Assembly (NCBI GenBank): GCA_963815195.1
Contig: CAWFGE010000018.1
Location: 243,023-307,022, forward strand
Direction of reading: 5' to 3'
Length of the DNA: 64,000 nt
Source: an uncultured Planctomycetaceae bacterium
GTDB lineage: Bacteria; Planctomycetota; Planctomycetia; Planctomycetales; Planctomycetaceae
Every line of letters starts with the position of its first letter. Positions within the stretch are counted from its first letter, which is position 1. A model generated the notes under the pieces. That model was not told the origin of the DNA. It made no database searches and was given only the letters and a program-made list of their open reading frames with translations. This document shows positions 45,497 to 54,840 of this stretch, piece by piece. A program made the position numbers and the translations under genes.

Positions 45497-46846
45497 ATGA
45501 ATGTCTCCTCCCCGCCTGCCCCAGATCGCACTTGCCGGCTCGTGACGTTGGGGTGCAAGGTCAATCAATACGAAACCCAGCTCGTCAAGGAAACCCTGCT
45601 GCAAAACGGGTTCCGCGAAGCCGAGGACGACGAAGCCGCGGACGTGTGCGTGGTCAACACCTGCACGGTGACGGCCACGGGCGATTCCAAGGGGCGGCAG
45701 TTGATCCGCCAGCTCGCCCGCAAGAATCCCCACACGCGGACCATCGTAATGGGCTGCTACGCCACCCGCGATCCCAAGACCGTCTCGGAACTGCCGGGCG
45801 TGTTCGAGGTCGTGACCGACAAACGCGAACTGCCGGACGTGTTGGGCCGGTTGGGGATCGTGGACATGCCCACGGGCATCAGCCATTTCGACGGCCGCAA
45901 GCGAGCTTATGTCAAGGTGCAGGACGGCTGCATTTTGAAGTGCACGTTCTGCATCATCCCCACGGTCCGGCCCGGCCTTTACAGCCGGCCGCCCGAGGAC
46001 ATCGAAGACGAAGTCCGCCGGCTGGTGGAGAACGGCTACCGGGAAATCGTGCTCAGCGGGATCCATGTCGGACATTATGGCGTGGAGGCCACGCGGGGCA
46101 AATCGGGAAAAGCACCGTTTCGGCTGTGGCATTTGTTCGAGCGTCTCGACCGCATCCCCGGCTCCTGGCGGATGCGGCTGTCGAGCATCGAAGCCGCCGA
46201 GATTCATGACGACTTCATCAAGGCCGCCGCGAACGCGGAGCATCTCTGCCCGCAGTTTCATCCCTCGCTGCAAAGCGGAGCCGACACCGTGCTCCGCCGG
46301 ATGCGAAGGCGGTATTCCGTCGGCCGGTTTCTGGAAAAGCTCGACCGCATCAAAGACCGCCTGGACAATCCGGCCTTCACGACCGACGTGATCGTGGGTT
46401 TTCCCGGCGAGACCGAAGCGGAGTTCGAGCAAACCCTGGACGCCTGCCGGCACGCGGGCTTCATGAAGATTCACATCTTCCCCTTCAGCGCCCGCGAAGG
46501 CACGCCGGCGGCAAGTTATCCCGACCAGATCGATCCCCGCGTCCGCAAGGATCGCACGGACCGGCTGGCGGTGCTTGAGCGGGAGCTTGCACAAGACTCC
46601 TATGCGTCGCTGTCCGGGCGGGAGTTGGAAGTGTTGGTGGAACGGCGTTGCGACGAGCGGCCGGGCTTTGTGCAGGGAACCGACCGCCGGTATGTTCCCG
46701 TGCGGCTGCCCGGCACTCCCGCCGACCTGGGCCGGCTTGTGCCGGCGGTGGGCGAGACGGCCGCGATCGATCATCTCTCCGCCCGGCGAATGGACGAAAG
46801 AGACCAAGCCGCAAACAGCATCAAACGGCCCCTGCCGGCCAATTGA
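45497..46846 (+). CDS. mtaB: tRNA N6-threonylcarbamoyladenosine methylthiotransferase
   Basis: TLGCKVNQYE, NTCTVT, GCYA and radical-SAM CILKCTFC. Confidence 0.93.
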   Translation: MNVSSPPAPDRTCRLVTLGCKVNQYETQLVKETLLQNGFREAEDDEAADVCVVNTCTVTATGDSKGRQLIRQLARKNPHTRTIVMGCYATRDPKTVSELPGVFEVVTDKRELPDVLGRLGIVDMPTGISHFDGRKRAYVKVQDGCILKCTFCIIPTVRPGLYSRPPEDIEDEVRRLVENGYREIVLSGIHVGHYGVEATRGKSGKAPFRLWHLFERLDRIPGSWRMRLSSIEAAEIHDDFIKAAANAEHLCPQFHPSLQSGADTVLRRMRRRYSVGRFLEKLDRIKDRLDNPAFTTDVIVGFPGETEAEFEQTLDACRHAGFMKIHIFPFSAREGTPAASYPDQIDPRVRKDRTDRLAVLERELAQDSYASLSGRELEVLVERRCDERPGFVQGTDRRYVPVRLPGTPADLGRLVPAVGETAAIDHLSARRMDERDQAANSIKRPLPAN

Positions 46847-46860
46847 CGAGGAGCCTTCCC

Positions 46861-47313
46861 GTGTTTGGCAGTTTTGAGTCCCACTATTTCCGGTTCGACT
46901 CGGTGGACGACATCGTCGTCGCCCGCTGCGTCATGCCCCGCCTGTCCGACGAGCAGAACATCGACGCCCTCGGCCAGGAGCTGTTTCTGCTCATTGGCAA
47001 ATACGAATGCCGGCGGCTGATTCTCGATCTCGCGGATGTGGAATTCGTGACGAGTTCCATGATCGGGAAGCTGATCCGCGCGCATCGGCAACTTCACCGC
47101 GAGGGCGGCAAACTCGTCCTCTGCCGGCTGCATCCCACCGTGGAAACGATCCTCGACACGAGCCATTTGTTGACATACTTTCACGCCGCCAAGACCGTGG
47201 AGGATGCAGTCCCGATGTTTGCCGAAATGGGAGACACCCGTCAGGTTCCCGAAAGCGATGATTTTCACCTCAGGGATACGGTCGAGTTTGATGAAGGAGA
47301 CGACAGGGAGTGA
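46861..47313 (+). CDS. STAS domain protein (anti-sigma factor antagonist)
   Basis: LILDLADVEFVTSSMIGKL...GGKLVLC signature. Confidence 0.88.
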   Translation: MFGSFESHYFRFDSVDDIVVARCVMPRLSDEQNIDALGQELFLLIGKYECRRLILDLADVEFVTSSMIGKLIRAHRQLHREGGKLVLCRLHPTVETILDTSHLLTYFHAAKTVEDAVPMFAEMGDTRQVPESDDFHLRDTVEFDEGDDRE

Positions 47314-47344
47314 AAGTCGGATCGGCTCTTGGCTCTTTGAGGAG

Positions 47345-47403
47345 TAAGATTAAGATTAAGATTAAGATTAAGATTAAGATTAAGATTAAGATTAAGATTA
47401 AGA
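47345..47403 (+). repeat. Perfect hexanucleotide tandem repeat (TAAGAT)9.8
   Basis: Nine full units plus TAAGA, counted directly. Confidence 0.97.
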
Positions 47404-47422
47404 ACCGAGGTGGGTGACACTG

Positions 47423-48103
47423 ATGCTCATCGCCATTGAGGGGATTGACGGATCCGGCAAGGGCACGCAGGCCGCGCGGTTGAGCGAGCGGCTGCGGTCG
47501 GCGGGGGCGGCGGTGGAGCTTCTGAGTTTTCCCCGCTACGAGGCCACGCGGTTCGGCAAAGCCATCGGCGACTTTCTAAATGGCCGCTTTGGATCGCTGG
47601 CCGAGGTGCATCCGATGCTCGCTTCGCTGCTGTATGCCGGAGACCGGTTTGAGTCCCGCGAGGTGCTGGAACATGCAATGAAGGCATGCGACGTCGTGGT
47701 CCTCGACCGCTATGTGGCGTCCAACATCGCGCACCAGGGGGCGAAGCTCAAGGGGGCCGAGCGCGGGGAACTGCGGGAGTGGGTCGAAACCATCGAATAC
47801 AGAATTTTCGATTTGCCGCGGCCGGACCTGGTCCTGCTTTTGGATCTGCCAGCCGCCGAGGCACAAAACCTCATTGCCCAAAAAGCCGCCCGCAGCTACA
47901 CGGAAAAGAAAGCGGATCTTCACGAAGCCGACGGCTCCTACCTGGCGGCGGTCCGCGAAGTCTACCGCGAACTGGCCGTTGACCAACCCCGCTGGCACAT
48001 CGTACCCTGCATCACGGAAGGGACGCTGCGAACGATCGACGACATCGGGAATGAGATTTTCGAAATCGTCCAAAACACTCGCAGGCGGGAGGACCACGAA
48101 TGA
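47423..48103 (+). CDS. tmk: Thymidylate kinase
   Basis: IAIEGIDGSGKGTQ P-loop, SFPRY, LDRYVASNIAHQ, PDLVLLLD. Confidence 0.93.
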   Translation: MLIAIEGIDGSGKGTQAARLSERLRSAGAAVELLSFPRYEATRFGKAIGDFLNGRFGSLAEVHPMLASLLYAGDRFESREVLEHAMKACDVVVLDRYVASNIAHQGAKLKGAERGELREWVETIEYRIFDLPRPDLVLLLDLPAAEAQNLIAQKAARSYTEKKADLHEADGSYLAAVREVYRELAVDQPRWHIVPCITEGTLRTIDDIGNEIFEIVQNTRRREDHE

Positions 48104-48157
48104 CAGGCGTCAATAATGGATGGATTTCGTGGTATGGTCCATCGATGAGGTAATCGG

Positions 48158-48754
48158 ATGACGAATCGTGCGAACCATTATGATGCCGCGTTTGAGGAGT
48201 ACCTCCGCCATCACCGCGTGCCTTATGTGGCCGTCGATGAAACCCGGCGGAGCCTATTGAGCGAGGTGTCTCTCAAATCGCCGGATTACATCGTCTCTCC
48301 GCCCGCGGGCGAGAACTGGCTGATCGACGTCAAAGGCCGGAAGTTTCCTTCGGGCGGCGGGCAGCCATCGCACACCTGGGAAAACTGGGCCACCCGCGAC
48401 GACATCGACAGCATGCTCCGCTGGCAGACGGTCTTCGGCAAGGGCTTTCGCGCGGCCCTCGTGTTCGCGTATCACATTCTCGACCCCCGCTGGCTGTGCC
48501 AGTTCGACCGCCGGTCCCGCTGGGAGCATCGCGGGCGGATGTATGCCTTTTACGGCGTGTGGGTCGAGGACTACGAGCAAAAAATGGCCGAGCGGTCCCA
48601 GCAATGGGACACGGTCTCTCTCCGCAAACGCGATTACGAAGAACTTCGCTTTCCCTTGGGAGGCATCATCGTCGAGGACGAGAGGCTCAATCCCGCAAAG
48701 CACGGCGTCCCGGCGCAGAAAATTTTCGCAAACTCGTGCGAGGTCCTTTCATGA
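48158..48754 (+). CDS. HYExAFE family protein (PD-(D/E)XK-like)
   Basis: NHYDAAFEEYLR...YVAVDE..R...KSPDYIV...LIDVKGR..WENW. Confidence 0.85.
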   Translation: MTNRANHYDAAFEEYLRHHRVPYVAVDETRRSLLSEVSLKSPDYIVSPPAGENWLIDVKGRKFPSGGGQPSHTWENWATRDDIDSMLRWQTVFGKGFRAALVFAYHILDPRWLCQFDRRSRWEHRGRMYAFYGVWVEDYEQKMAERSQQWDTVSLRKRDYEELRFPLGGIIVEDERLNPAKHGVPAQKIFANSCEVLS

Positions 48755-49017
48755 GCGGCCCGCGGAATGGGCCTGACCGATGGTCCGCCGTTTTGGTGCT
48801 GGCGGTATCGCTGTGGTTCGTGGAACCGGCGGCCGGGCAGGCTCGCACAAAACCTGCCCGCCGTCCGGCGCAAGCGGACGAGGCCGGAGCGAATGCCGAG
48901 GCACCGGAAACGCCGTCCTCACTGCCGCATGGACGATTTCTGTTGGATTATTTGATCGTGCTGGCGCTCTTCGCGGCGGCGCTCTATGCCGTGTGCCGAT
49001 CCAGCCGCCGCGTTTAG
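48751..49017 (+). CDS. Small exported/membrane protein
   Basis: ATGA overlap with the upstream gene; signal-like N-terminus, C-terminal TM and VCRSSRR tail. Confidence 0.65.
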   Translation: MSGPRNGPDRWSAVLVLAVSLWFVEPAAGQARTKPARRPAQADEAGANAEAPETPSSLPHGRFLLDYLIVLALFAAALYAVCRSSRRV

Positions 49018-49021
49018 TCCG

Positions 49022-50311
49022 ATGAGGTCAAACCGCATTGTGAAAGGAGACCGGCCGCGAGTTGTCATCACGGGGATCGGAATGGTCACCGGTTTGGGAC
49101 CCGACCGCGAAACCACCTGGAAATCCCTCTGTGCGGGAGCCGGCGCGGTCCGCTGGCTCGATCCCGCCGATCTGATGGCACAAGTCGGCTTAAAGGCGGC
49201 CCTGAAAGAATCTCCCCGCTTTGCCGGCGCCACCGCGGCGATCGACTCGCTGACTTCCGAAGATCACCGTGACCTTCAAGAGCCGAACATTCGACTGGCG
49301 ATGACGGCAGCGAAGGAAGCGGTCGCCGACGCCCGGGTGGATTGGGACGCGGTTCCTCCGCATCGGCGGGGCTGCGTCATCGGCACCAGCAAAGGCGGGA
49401 TGCGAAGCATCGGCCGGGCGCTCGCCGAGCGGCGGTTTGGAAACGAGCATCCGACTCCGGAACTTTGGCCGATGTTCTGGCCCAACACGCCGGCTTCGCG
49501 GGCGGCGGAGTGCTGGAAAATTCGCGGGGCCATGCTCTGTCCCGTGGCGGCGTGCGCGACGGGACTGATGAGCCTCTGCCGCGGCGCGGAATTGATCGAG
49601 CACGGAACCTGCGACCTCGTGCTCGCGGGCAGCACCGATGCCTCGCTCCAGCCCGCCGTGTTGGGGGCATTTTCGCGAATGGGCGTTTTGGCCAAAGACT
49701 TGAAAGACCCAGCCGCCGCCTGCCGGCCGTTCGATAAGTTTCGCAGCGGCTTCGTCGTCGGGGAAGGCGCTGCGGTGATGGTCCTCGAACGCGGGGAACT
49801 GGCCGCGGCCCGTGGCGTCGCCCCCTATGCCGAGTGGCTCGCGGGGGGCTGCGTCTCCGATCCCGCGGGCATCGCGCGGTTGGAAACCCAGGGGACTTCG
49901 CTGTCGTGGCTGATCCAGGATGTCCTCCGCCGCTCCGGCACAACCGCCGTGGAAATCGATTACATCAACCTCCACGGCACCGGCACCAAAGACAACGACC
50001 GCACCGAAACCCGCGCACTCCGGTCGGCCTTGGGATCCGCGGCCGATGACATTTCCTATTCCAGCCTCAAAGGGGCCTTGGGACACCTCCTGGGCGCCGC
50101 GGGCAGCGTGGAAACCGCGTGCACGCTCCTCGCCATGCGGGACGGCTGCGTTCCCCCCACACGAAACCTCACGCATCCGGATCCCGAATGCGATCTGGAT
50201 TACACGCCGGGGATTTCCAAGCCCCGCCCGATCCCAAAGGCCATGAAACTCTCGCTGGGCTTCGGCGGACATCAAGTCGCCGCCGTTTTCGGCCGCATAA
50301 GCGATTCGTAA
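49022..50311 (+). CDS. Beta-ketoacyl-ACP synthase II-like (FabF family)
   Basis: VVITGIG, AACATG catalytic Cys, GFVVGEGA, LHGTGT, GHLLGAAG, GFGG. Confidence 0.92.
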   Translation: MRSNRIVKGDRPRVVITGIGMVTGLGPDRETTWKSLCAGAGAVRWLDPADLMAQVGLKAALKESPRFAGATAAIDSLTSEDHRDLQEPNIRLAMTAAKEAVADARVDWDAVPPHRRGCVIGTSKGGMRSIGRALAERRFGNEHPTPELWPMFWPNTPASRAAECWKIRGAMLCPVAACATGLMSLCRGAELIEHGTCDLVLAGSTDASLQPAVLGAFSRMGVLAKDLKDPAAACRPFDKFRSGFVVGEGAAVMVLERGELAAARGVAPYAEWLAGGCVSDPAGIARLETQGTSLSWLIQDVLRRSGTTAVEIDYINLHGTGTKDNDRTETRALRSALGSAADDISYSSLKGALGHLLGAAGSVETACTLLAMRDGCVPPTRNLTHPDPECDLDYTPGISKPRPIPKAMKLSLGFGGHQVAAVFGRISDS

Positions 50312-50444
50312 GTCGAACCAATTCTGCCCTTCTCCCGCTCTCGCCATCTTCATTCCGTACGCCCGCTTGTGAAGCATGGCGTGCGAGTTATGATAACGCT
50401 TGCCGCTGTTTCCATTGCCATCCCTCACCTTCCCGACGCCGAAT

Positions 50445-51464
50445 ATGGTTTCTCCCGAATCGATCTTGCCCCAAGCCGGGCCGCGTCCGCAGCCGTTTCA
50501 AGCGCCGCAGGGGGACCTGGCGGTCTTGGCCGGGTCCGCCAATCCGCGGTTCGCCGCCGCGATTGCGAGCGCCCTGGGCGTTCGCCGGCTGGACTCGGAA
50601 ACCCTTTATTTCAGCGAAGGCAACGTGTTCGTGCGGATCAAGGAGAATGTCCGCGGTCGGGATACCTACATCATCCAGGGCGTCAGCCATCCGGTGAACG
50701 ACAACTTCGTGGAGCTGTTGTTCTGGGTGGATGCGCTCAAGCGGGCGAGCGCCCAGAACGTCACCGCGGTGATCCCCTACTTCAGTTATGCCAAGGGCGA
50801 CAAAAAAGACGAGCCGCGGGTTTCCATCCGGGCCCGCGTGTGCGCGGACGCTTTGGAAGCCGCGGGGGCGGACCGCGTGTTGATGATGGATTTGCACAGC
50901 CCGCAGATCCAGGGCTTCTTCCGCGTGCCGGTGGATCATCTTTACGCCCGGCAGACGATCTGCGAGCACGTCCGCACGCTGGGCATTCCCGATCTCGTCG
51001 TATGCAGCCCCGACGTCGGGTTCGCGAAAGGCGCCTCCAAGTACGCGGCACTCTTGGGAACCCGCGTGGTCATCGGCAACAAGCAACGCGTGGACCACAC
51101 AGAGTCGGCCCACGTGCTCGAAGTCATCGGCGACGTCGCGGGATCGAACGTGCTCATGGTCGACGATTTCACGATCACCGGCGGCTCCTTGATCAGCATG
51201 GCCGAGGTCTTGAAACAGCGCGGGGCAAGGGACATTTACGCCGCCGTCAGCCACGGCGTTTTGGCCAAAGGCGCGGCGGCAAAAATCGAAAACAGCCTCA
51301 TCAAGCAGATGTTTATCACCGACACCGTCGAGAACCACGTCGAACCCTTGCCCGCCAACATGCAGGTGGTTTCCGTCGCTCCGCTGTTCGCCCGCGCGAT
51401 CCGTTCCATCCACGACCGCACCAGCGTGAGCATGCTCTTCCCCGACACCCGCGCGGTGGATTGA
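50445..51464 (+). CDS. prs: Ribose-phosphate pyrophosphokinase
   Basis: FSEGNVFVRI.ENVRG, VIPYFSYA, DLHSPQIQGFF, SPDVG, VDD..ITGGS. Confidence 0.95.
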   Translation: MVSPESILPQAGPRPQPFQAPQGDLAVLAGSANPRFAAAIASALGVRRLDSETLYFSEGNVFVRIKENVRGRDTYIIQGVSHPVNDNFVELLFWVDALKRASAQNVTAVIPYFSYAKGDKKDEPRVSIRARVCADALEAAGADRVLMMDLHSPQIQGFFRVPVDHLYARQTICEHVRTLGIPDLVVCSPDVGFAKGASKYAALLGTRVVIGNKQRVDHTESAHVLEVIGDVAGSNVLMVDDFTITGGSLISMAEVLKQRGARDIYAAVSHGVLAKGAAAKIENSLIKQMFITDTVENHVEPLPANMQVVSVAPLFARAIRSIHDRTSVSMLFPDTRAVD

Positions 51465-51502
51465 ACAGCAATGCTTTGGCGATAGAAAGTCGGCCACGAC
51501 AG

Positions 51503-51662
51503 GGGCGGCTGGGGTCAGTTTGTCGCGAATTGCGCGGCATTCAGAAAACCTTGGATCGACAAACTGCCCCCAGGCGTGCGGGTGATTGCTCCCCGGGGCA
51601 GGCTGCCGATGCCGTCGTTTCGAAATTCAATGCCCCATACGGCAGCCCGACCCCAGCCACCC
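51503..51662. repeat. Double-hairpin element with GGGYGGCTGGGG/CCCCAGCCACCC ends
   Basis: gggcggctggggtc...gaccccagccaccc outer repeat; inner stems agtttgtcg/cgacaaact and ggctgccg/cggcagcc. Confidence 0.7.
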
Positions 51663-51783
51663 TGCCGCGCGGGGGATGGCACGGCTAGCCTGCCGGCGGT
51701 TTGGGGAATTTTTACCCCACGTTTCCAAGCTCCAACTCGGAAACGCAGCTCGCGAAGTTTGGGGGTTCTTGATTCTACATTAT

Positions 51784-52735
51784 CTACGTGGCTCTTGGCG
51801 ACGAGGCTGGGGGCATCCGCAGCAGGAGCGTTTTGTCGAACTGGGGGCCTCCGTGACGAGCCTCCCCGCCGTGCAGGAGGAGGCCGCCGAGTTCCTCATT
51901 CCACACCAGCGGCGAACACTGGTGACGAGGATGTAAAGGGTCCGCCCGCACCGTCCTCCAACCCTCCTCCTCCCGCGTGAGAATTCCCCGCTCCCCTGCC
52001 ACTCCTTCAAGCATGACCAGACGCATGGCTCCTCGATGATACGCAAGCCCGTGGTCATCGCGGGGGTCGGTATCGAAGCGATTCCCGAGCGGCTTCCACG
52101 TGCCGTCCTGGAACAGCCACGTGTCTCCAAACGTTCGCCGCCCGTGGTCGTCTTCCGAACCGCCGTGGAGTACGCAACCCTTTAAGTCCGGATCATAGGT
52201 GAAAGCCGCGTAGCGCCGTGCCGGCGGACCCGGCCCGGCCAACTCCTTCCACGACCTGCCGTCAAACAGCCACGTGTCGCCCAGCGGCTGGTCGTCGGGG
52301 CGAATCCCGCCGAAAAGGACTGCGACCCCGACCTGCTCATCAAATGCCAAAGAGTGCCCGCAACGCGGCGACGGGCCGGCGGAGCGCACCCGCTGCCAAC
52401 GCTTCCCAGCGTAGGTCCACGTGTCCCCGAGTAAAGCGCCGTTTTTCGCCTGGCCGCCGAATAGGAGCGACTCGTGGCGGGTGTCGAGATAGACCATGGC
52501 CCCGCGGTGCCTGGCCGGCGGCTTCCTCCAGAAGGTTCTGATCCGCGTCCAGTTCTCGCCACGCAACTCCCAGGTATCGGATTGCAACCTCGAAGGACTC
52601 CAGACGATGCCGCCAAACAAGATGGTGACTTTCGCGCCGGTCGTACGCCAACCCATTCCGGCTTCGCGGACCGGGGCCGGCGTTCGCCGCTCCAACGACT
52701 TCCCAACCCAGCGTCGGCGGGGGCATTTTTGGCAT
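51784..52735 (-). CDS. Kelch-like beta-propeller protein; apparent frameshift near 52632
   Basis: Repeats of P..R..H.LA.D......LFGG.......DTW....W. AAGGAG RBS before the ATG at 52735; the first blade is in another frame. Confidence 0.8.
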
Positions 52736-52952
52736 TGGCGTCTCCTTTGAACCTGGATCGGTTTGCTTCGAGAAATGTAGATACCAGCGATTGGCGGACA
52801 TAGTTGGTGCAGAGAAAGCCTGAACGCGGATCGGCAACCATTCGACGTAGCCTGCAACAGAACTTCGTTTTAGAATGGCCAAGCAGGGCCGACTCTGTCG
52901 GCCGACATTTGAGATCCGTTCCACGGCGGGGTGGAACTGGTAGTTTAGTGAG

Positions 52953-53015
52953 TCGGGTGGGCACCGCCCACCAATCGTTTCCTGACTCATTCCTGGTGGG
53001 CGGTGCCCACCCTAC
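52953..53015. repeat. REPIN: inverted pair of GTAG-type REPs
   Basis: gggtgggcaccgcccacc ... ggtgggcggtgcccaccctac. Confidence 0.75.
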
Positions 53016-53088
53016 TTGCTGGCACCAAGTTGGCAGTGGCACAAGTGGCACATGTTCTACCAACGTCTTTAACTTCCCGAAGATCGCC

Positions 53089-54726
53089 ATGTCCGACCGT
53101 CTTCCGCCCGAATCGCTCACGATGATCCATGCGCTCCAATCGCCGGAGTGTTACGAGCACGCTGCCGAGAGTGTGGGCCTTATGGAAACGCACATTTCCT
53201 GGGTGCTGTTGACGGGAGACTACGCCTACAAAATCAAAAAGCCGGTGGATTTCGGGTTCGTCAATTTCAGCACGCTCGACCGACGGGAGTTTTTCTGCGC
53301 GGAGGAACTCCGGCTCAACCGGCGGCTGGCTCCGCGGTTGTATTTGGAGGTCGTGCCCATCACCGGCCCATTCGAAAAACCGCGCATGGGCGGCGAAGGG
53401 GAGCCTTTCGAGTATGCCGTCAAAATGCGGCAGTTTTCGCAAGATGCACTCCTCGATCATGCGATCAAAACCGGCCGGCTCCAGACCGAGCACATCGACA
53501 AGCTCGCGGAGGAAATCGCGGAGTTTCATAAACGCATCGCCGTCGCCAGGCCGGAAGGCGAAACCTGCGAGTTCGGGACGCGGGAGCAAGTCCAGGGTGC
53601 CGCGTGGGGGAACTTTCGGCCGCTCTTGGAGCAAGACCTCGACGCCACCGGCCGGCCCCTCGGCGAGAGCCGTTTGCCCGCCGAGTTTCATGACACGCAA
53701 AACCAACTGCAGCAACTGCTCGCTTGGACCCAAACCCAAGCCGGGCGGTTAGGTTCCCGGTTTGAAGAACGCCGGCAGGAAGGCGCGGTCCGTGAATGCC
53801 ACGGCGATATGCACCTGGGCAATATGCTTCTGGAAGATGACGAGATTGTGATTTTCGACGGCATCGAGTTTAATGCGAACCTCCGCTGGATTGATGTCCT
53901 CAGCGAAGTTGCGTTTTGCTTGATGGACCTCGCCGACCGGAATCGGCCCGACTTTGCCCATCGCTTGCTCAATGCCTACCTGGAACGCACCGGCGATTAC
54001 CGCGGTCTCGACGTGCTGCCATTTTATCTGACCTATCGCGCCCTTGTGCGGGCCAAGGTCGCGCATCTCGGTTGGAAGCAACACGAGGAACATGAAACCG
54101 AGATCCGCCATCAACTCGCTTCCAAGCGGCAGGAATATCTCGACCTGGCCACGCGGTTTACCGAACCCAGGCAGCCGATGCTGATGATAACGCACGGTCT
54201 GTCCGGCAGCGGGAAATCCTTCGGCACTCAGCCGGTCGTGGAATCTCTCGGAGCCGTCCGCGTGCGGTCGGACGTGGAGCGCAAGCGTCTCGCTGGCTTG
54301 GAGCGCACGCAGAAATCCCAATCCGGATGGGAGGACAATCTGTATTCCGCCGCGTCCACAGAAGCGACTTATCAGCACCTAACGGATTGTGCGGAGCACA
54401 TCCTCGCCGCCGGTTTCCCGGCCATTGTGGACGCCACATTCTTGAAAGCCAAGCACCGCGCTCTGATGCGCGAGATGGCCGGGCGGCTAAACGTCCCGTT
54501 CCTCATACTCGATTTCCAAGCCACCGACGAGCAGCTCCGCGAGCGCATCACCGAAAGATTGAATCAAGGAGCCGACCCCTCGGAAGCCAATTTGGATGTG
54601 CTCGATTATCAAATCAAAAACCGCGAACCCCTTACGCGGGAGGAGCAGGCTTTTGTGATTCCTGTGAACACGGCCGACGCCGATTTCGCGGAGCGATTGC
54701 GAAACGATCTGGCGCAACGTCAGTAA
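53089..54726 (+). CDS. Bifunctional aminoglycoside-phosphotransferase-like/AAA kinase protein
   Basis: ETHISWVLLTG..AYKIKKPV, RECHGDMHLGN, FDGIEFN, HGLSGSGKS P-loop, VRSDVERKRL. Confidence 0.92.
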   Translation: MSDRLPPESLTMIHALQSPECYEHAAESVGLMETHISWVLLTGDYAYKIKKPVDFGFVNFSTLDRREFFCAEELRLNRRLAPRLYLEVVPITGPFEKPRMGGEGEPFEYAVKMRQFSQDALLDHAIKTGRLQTEHIDKLAEEIAEFHKRIAVARPEGETCEFGTREQVQGAAWGNFRPLLEQDLDATGRPLGESRLPAEFHDTQNQLQQLLAWTQTQAGRLGSRFEERRQEGAVRECHGDMHLGNMLLEDDEIVIFDGIEFNANLRWIDVLSEVAFCLMDLADRNRPDFAHRLLNAYLERTGDYRGLDVLPFYLTYRALVRAKVAHLGWKQHEEHETEIRHQLASKRQEYLDLATRFTEPRQPMLMITHGLSGSGKSFGTQPVVESLGAVRVRSDVERKRLAGLERTQKSQSGWEDNLYSAASTEATYQHLTDCAEHILAAGFPAIVDATFLKAKHRALMREMAGRLNVPFLILDFQATDEQLRERITERLNQGADPSEANLDVLDYQIKNREPLTREEQAFVIPVNTADADFAERLRNDLAQRQ

Positions 54727-54840
54727 AATGCGCGTCGGACCAATGTTTTAGTCTCCCATCAAGCTCGATTGATGGGATTGTGTCTTCCGCCGCAAGCCTT
54801 TACTATGAGAACCTTGAGTTCTTTGGGTTTCGGAGGCAGG

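Noticed and set aside
49022..50311. Type II PKS or ladderane-like biosynthetic cluster
   Set aside because: Single ketosynthase with no ACP, chain-length factor or tailoring genes adjacent.
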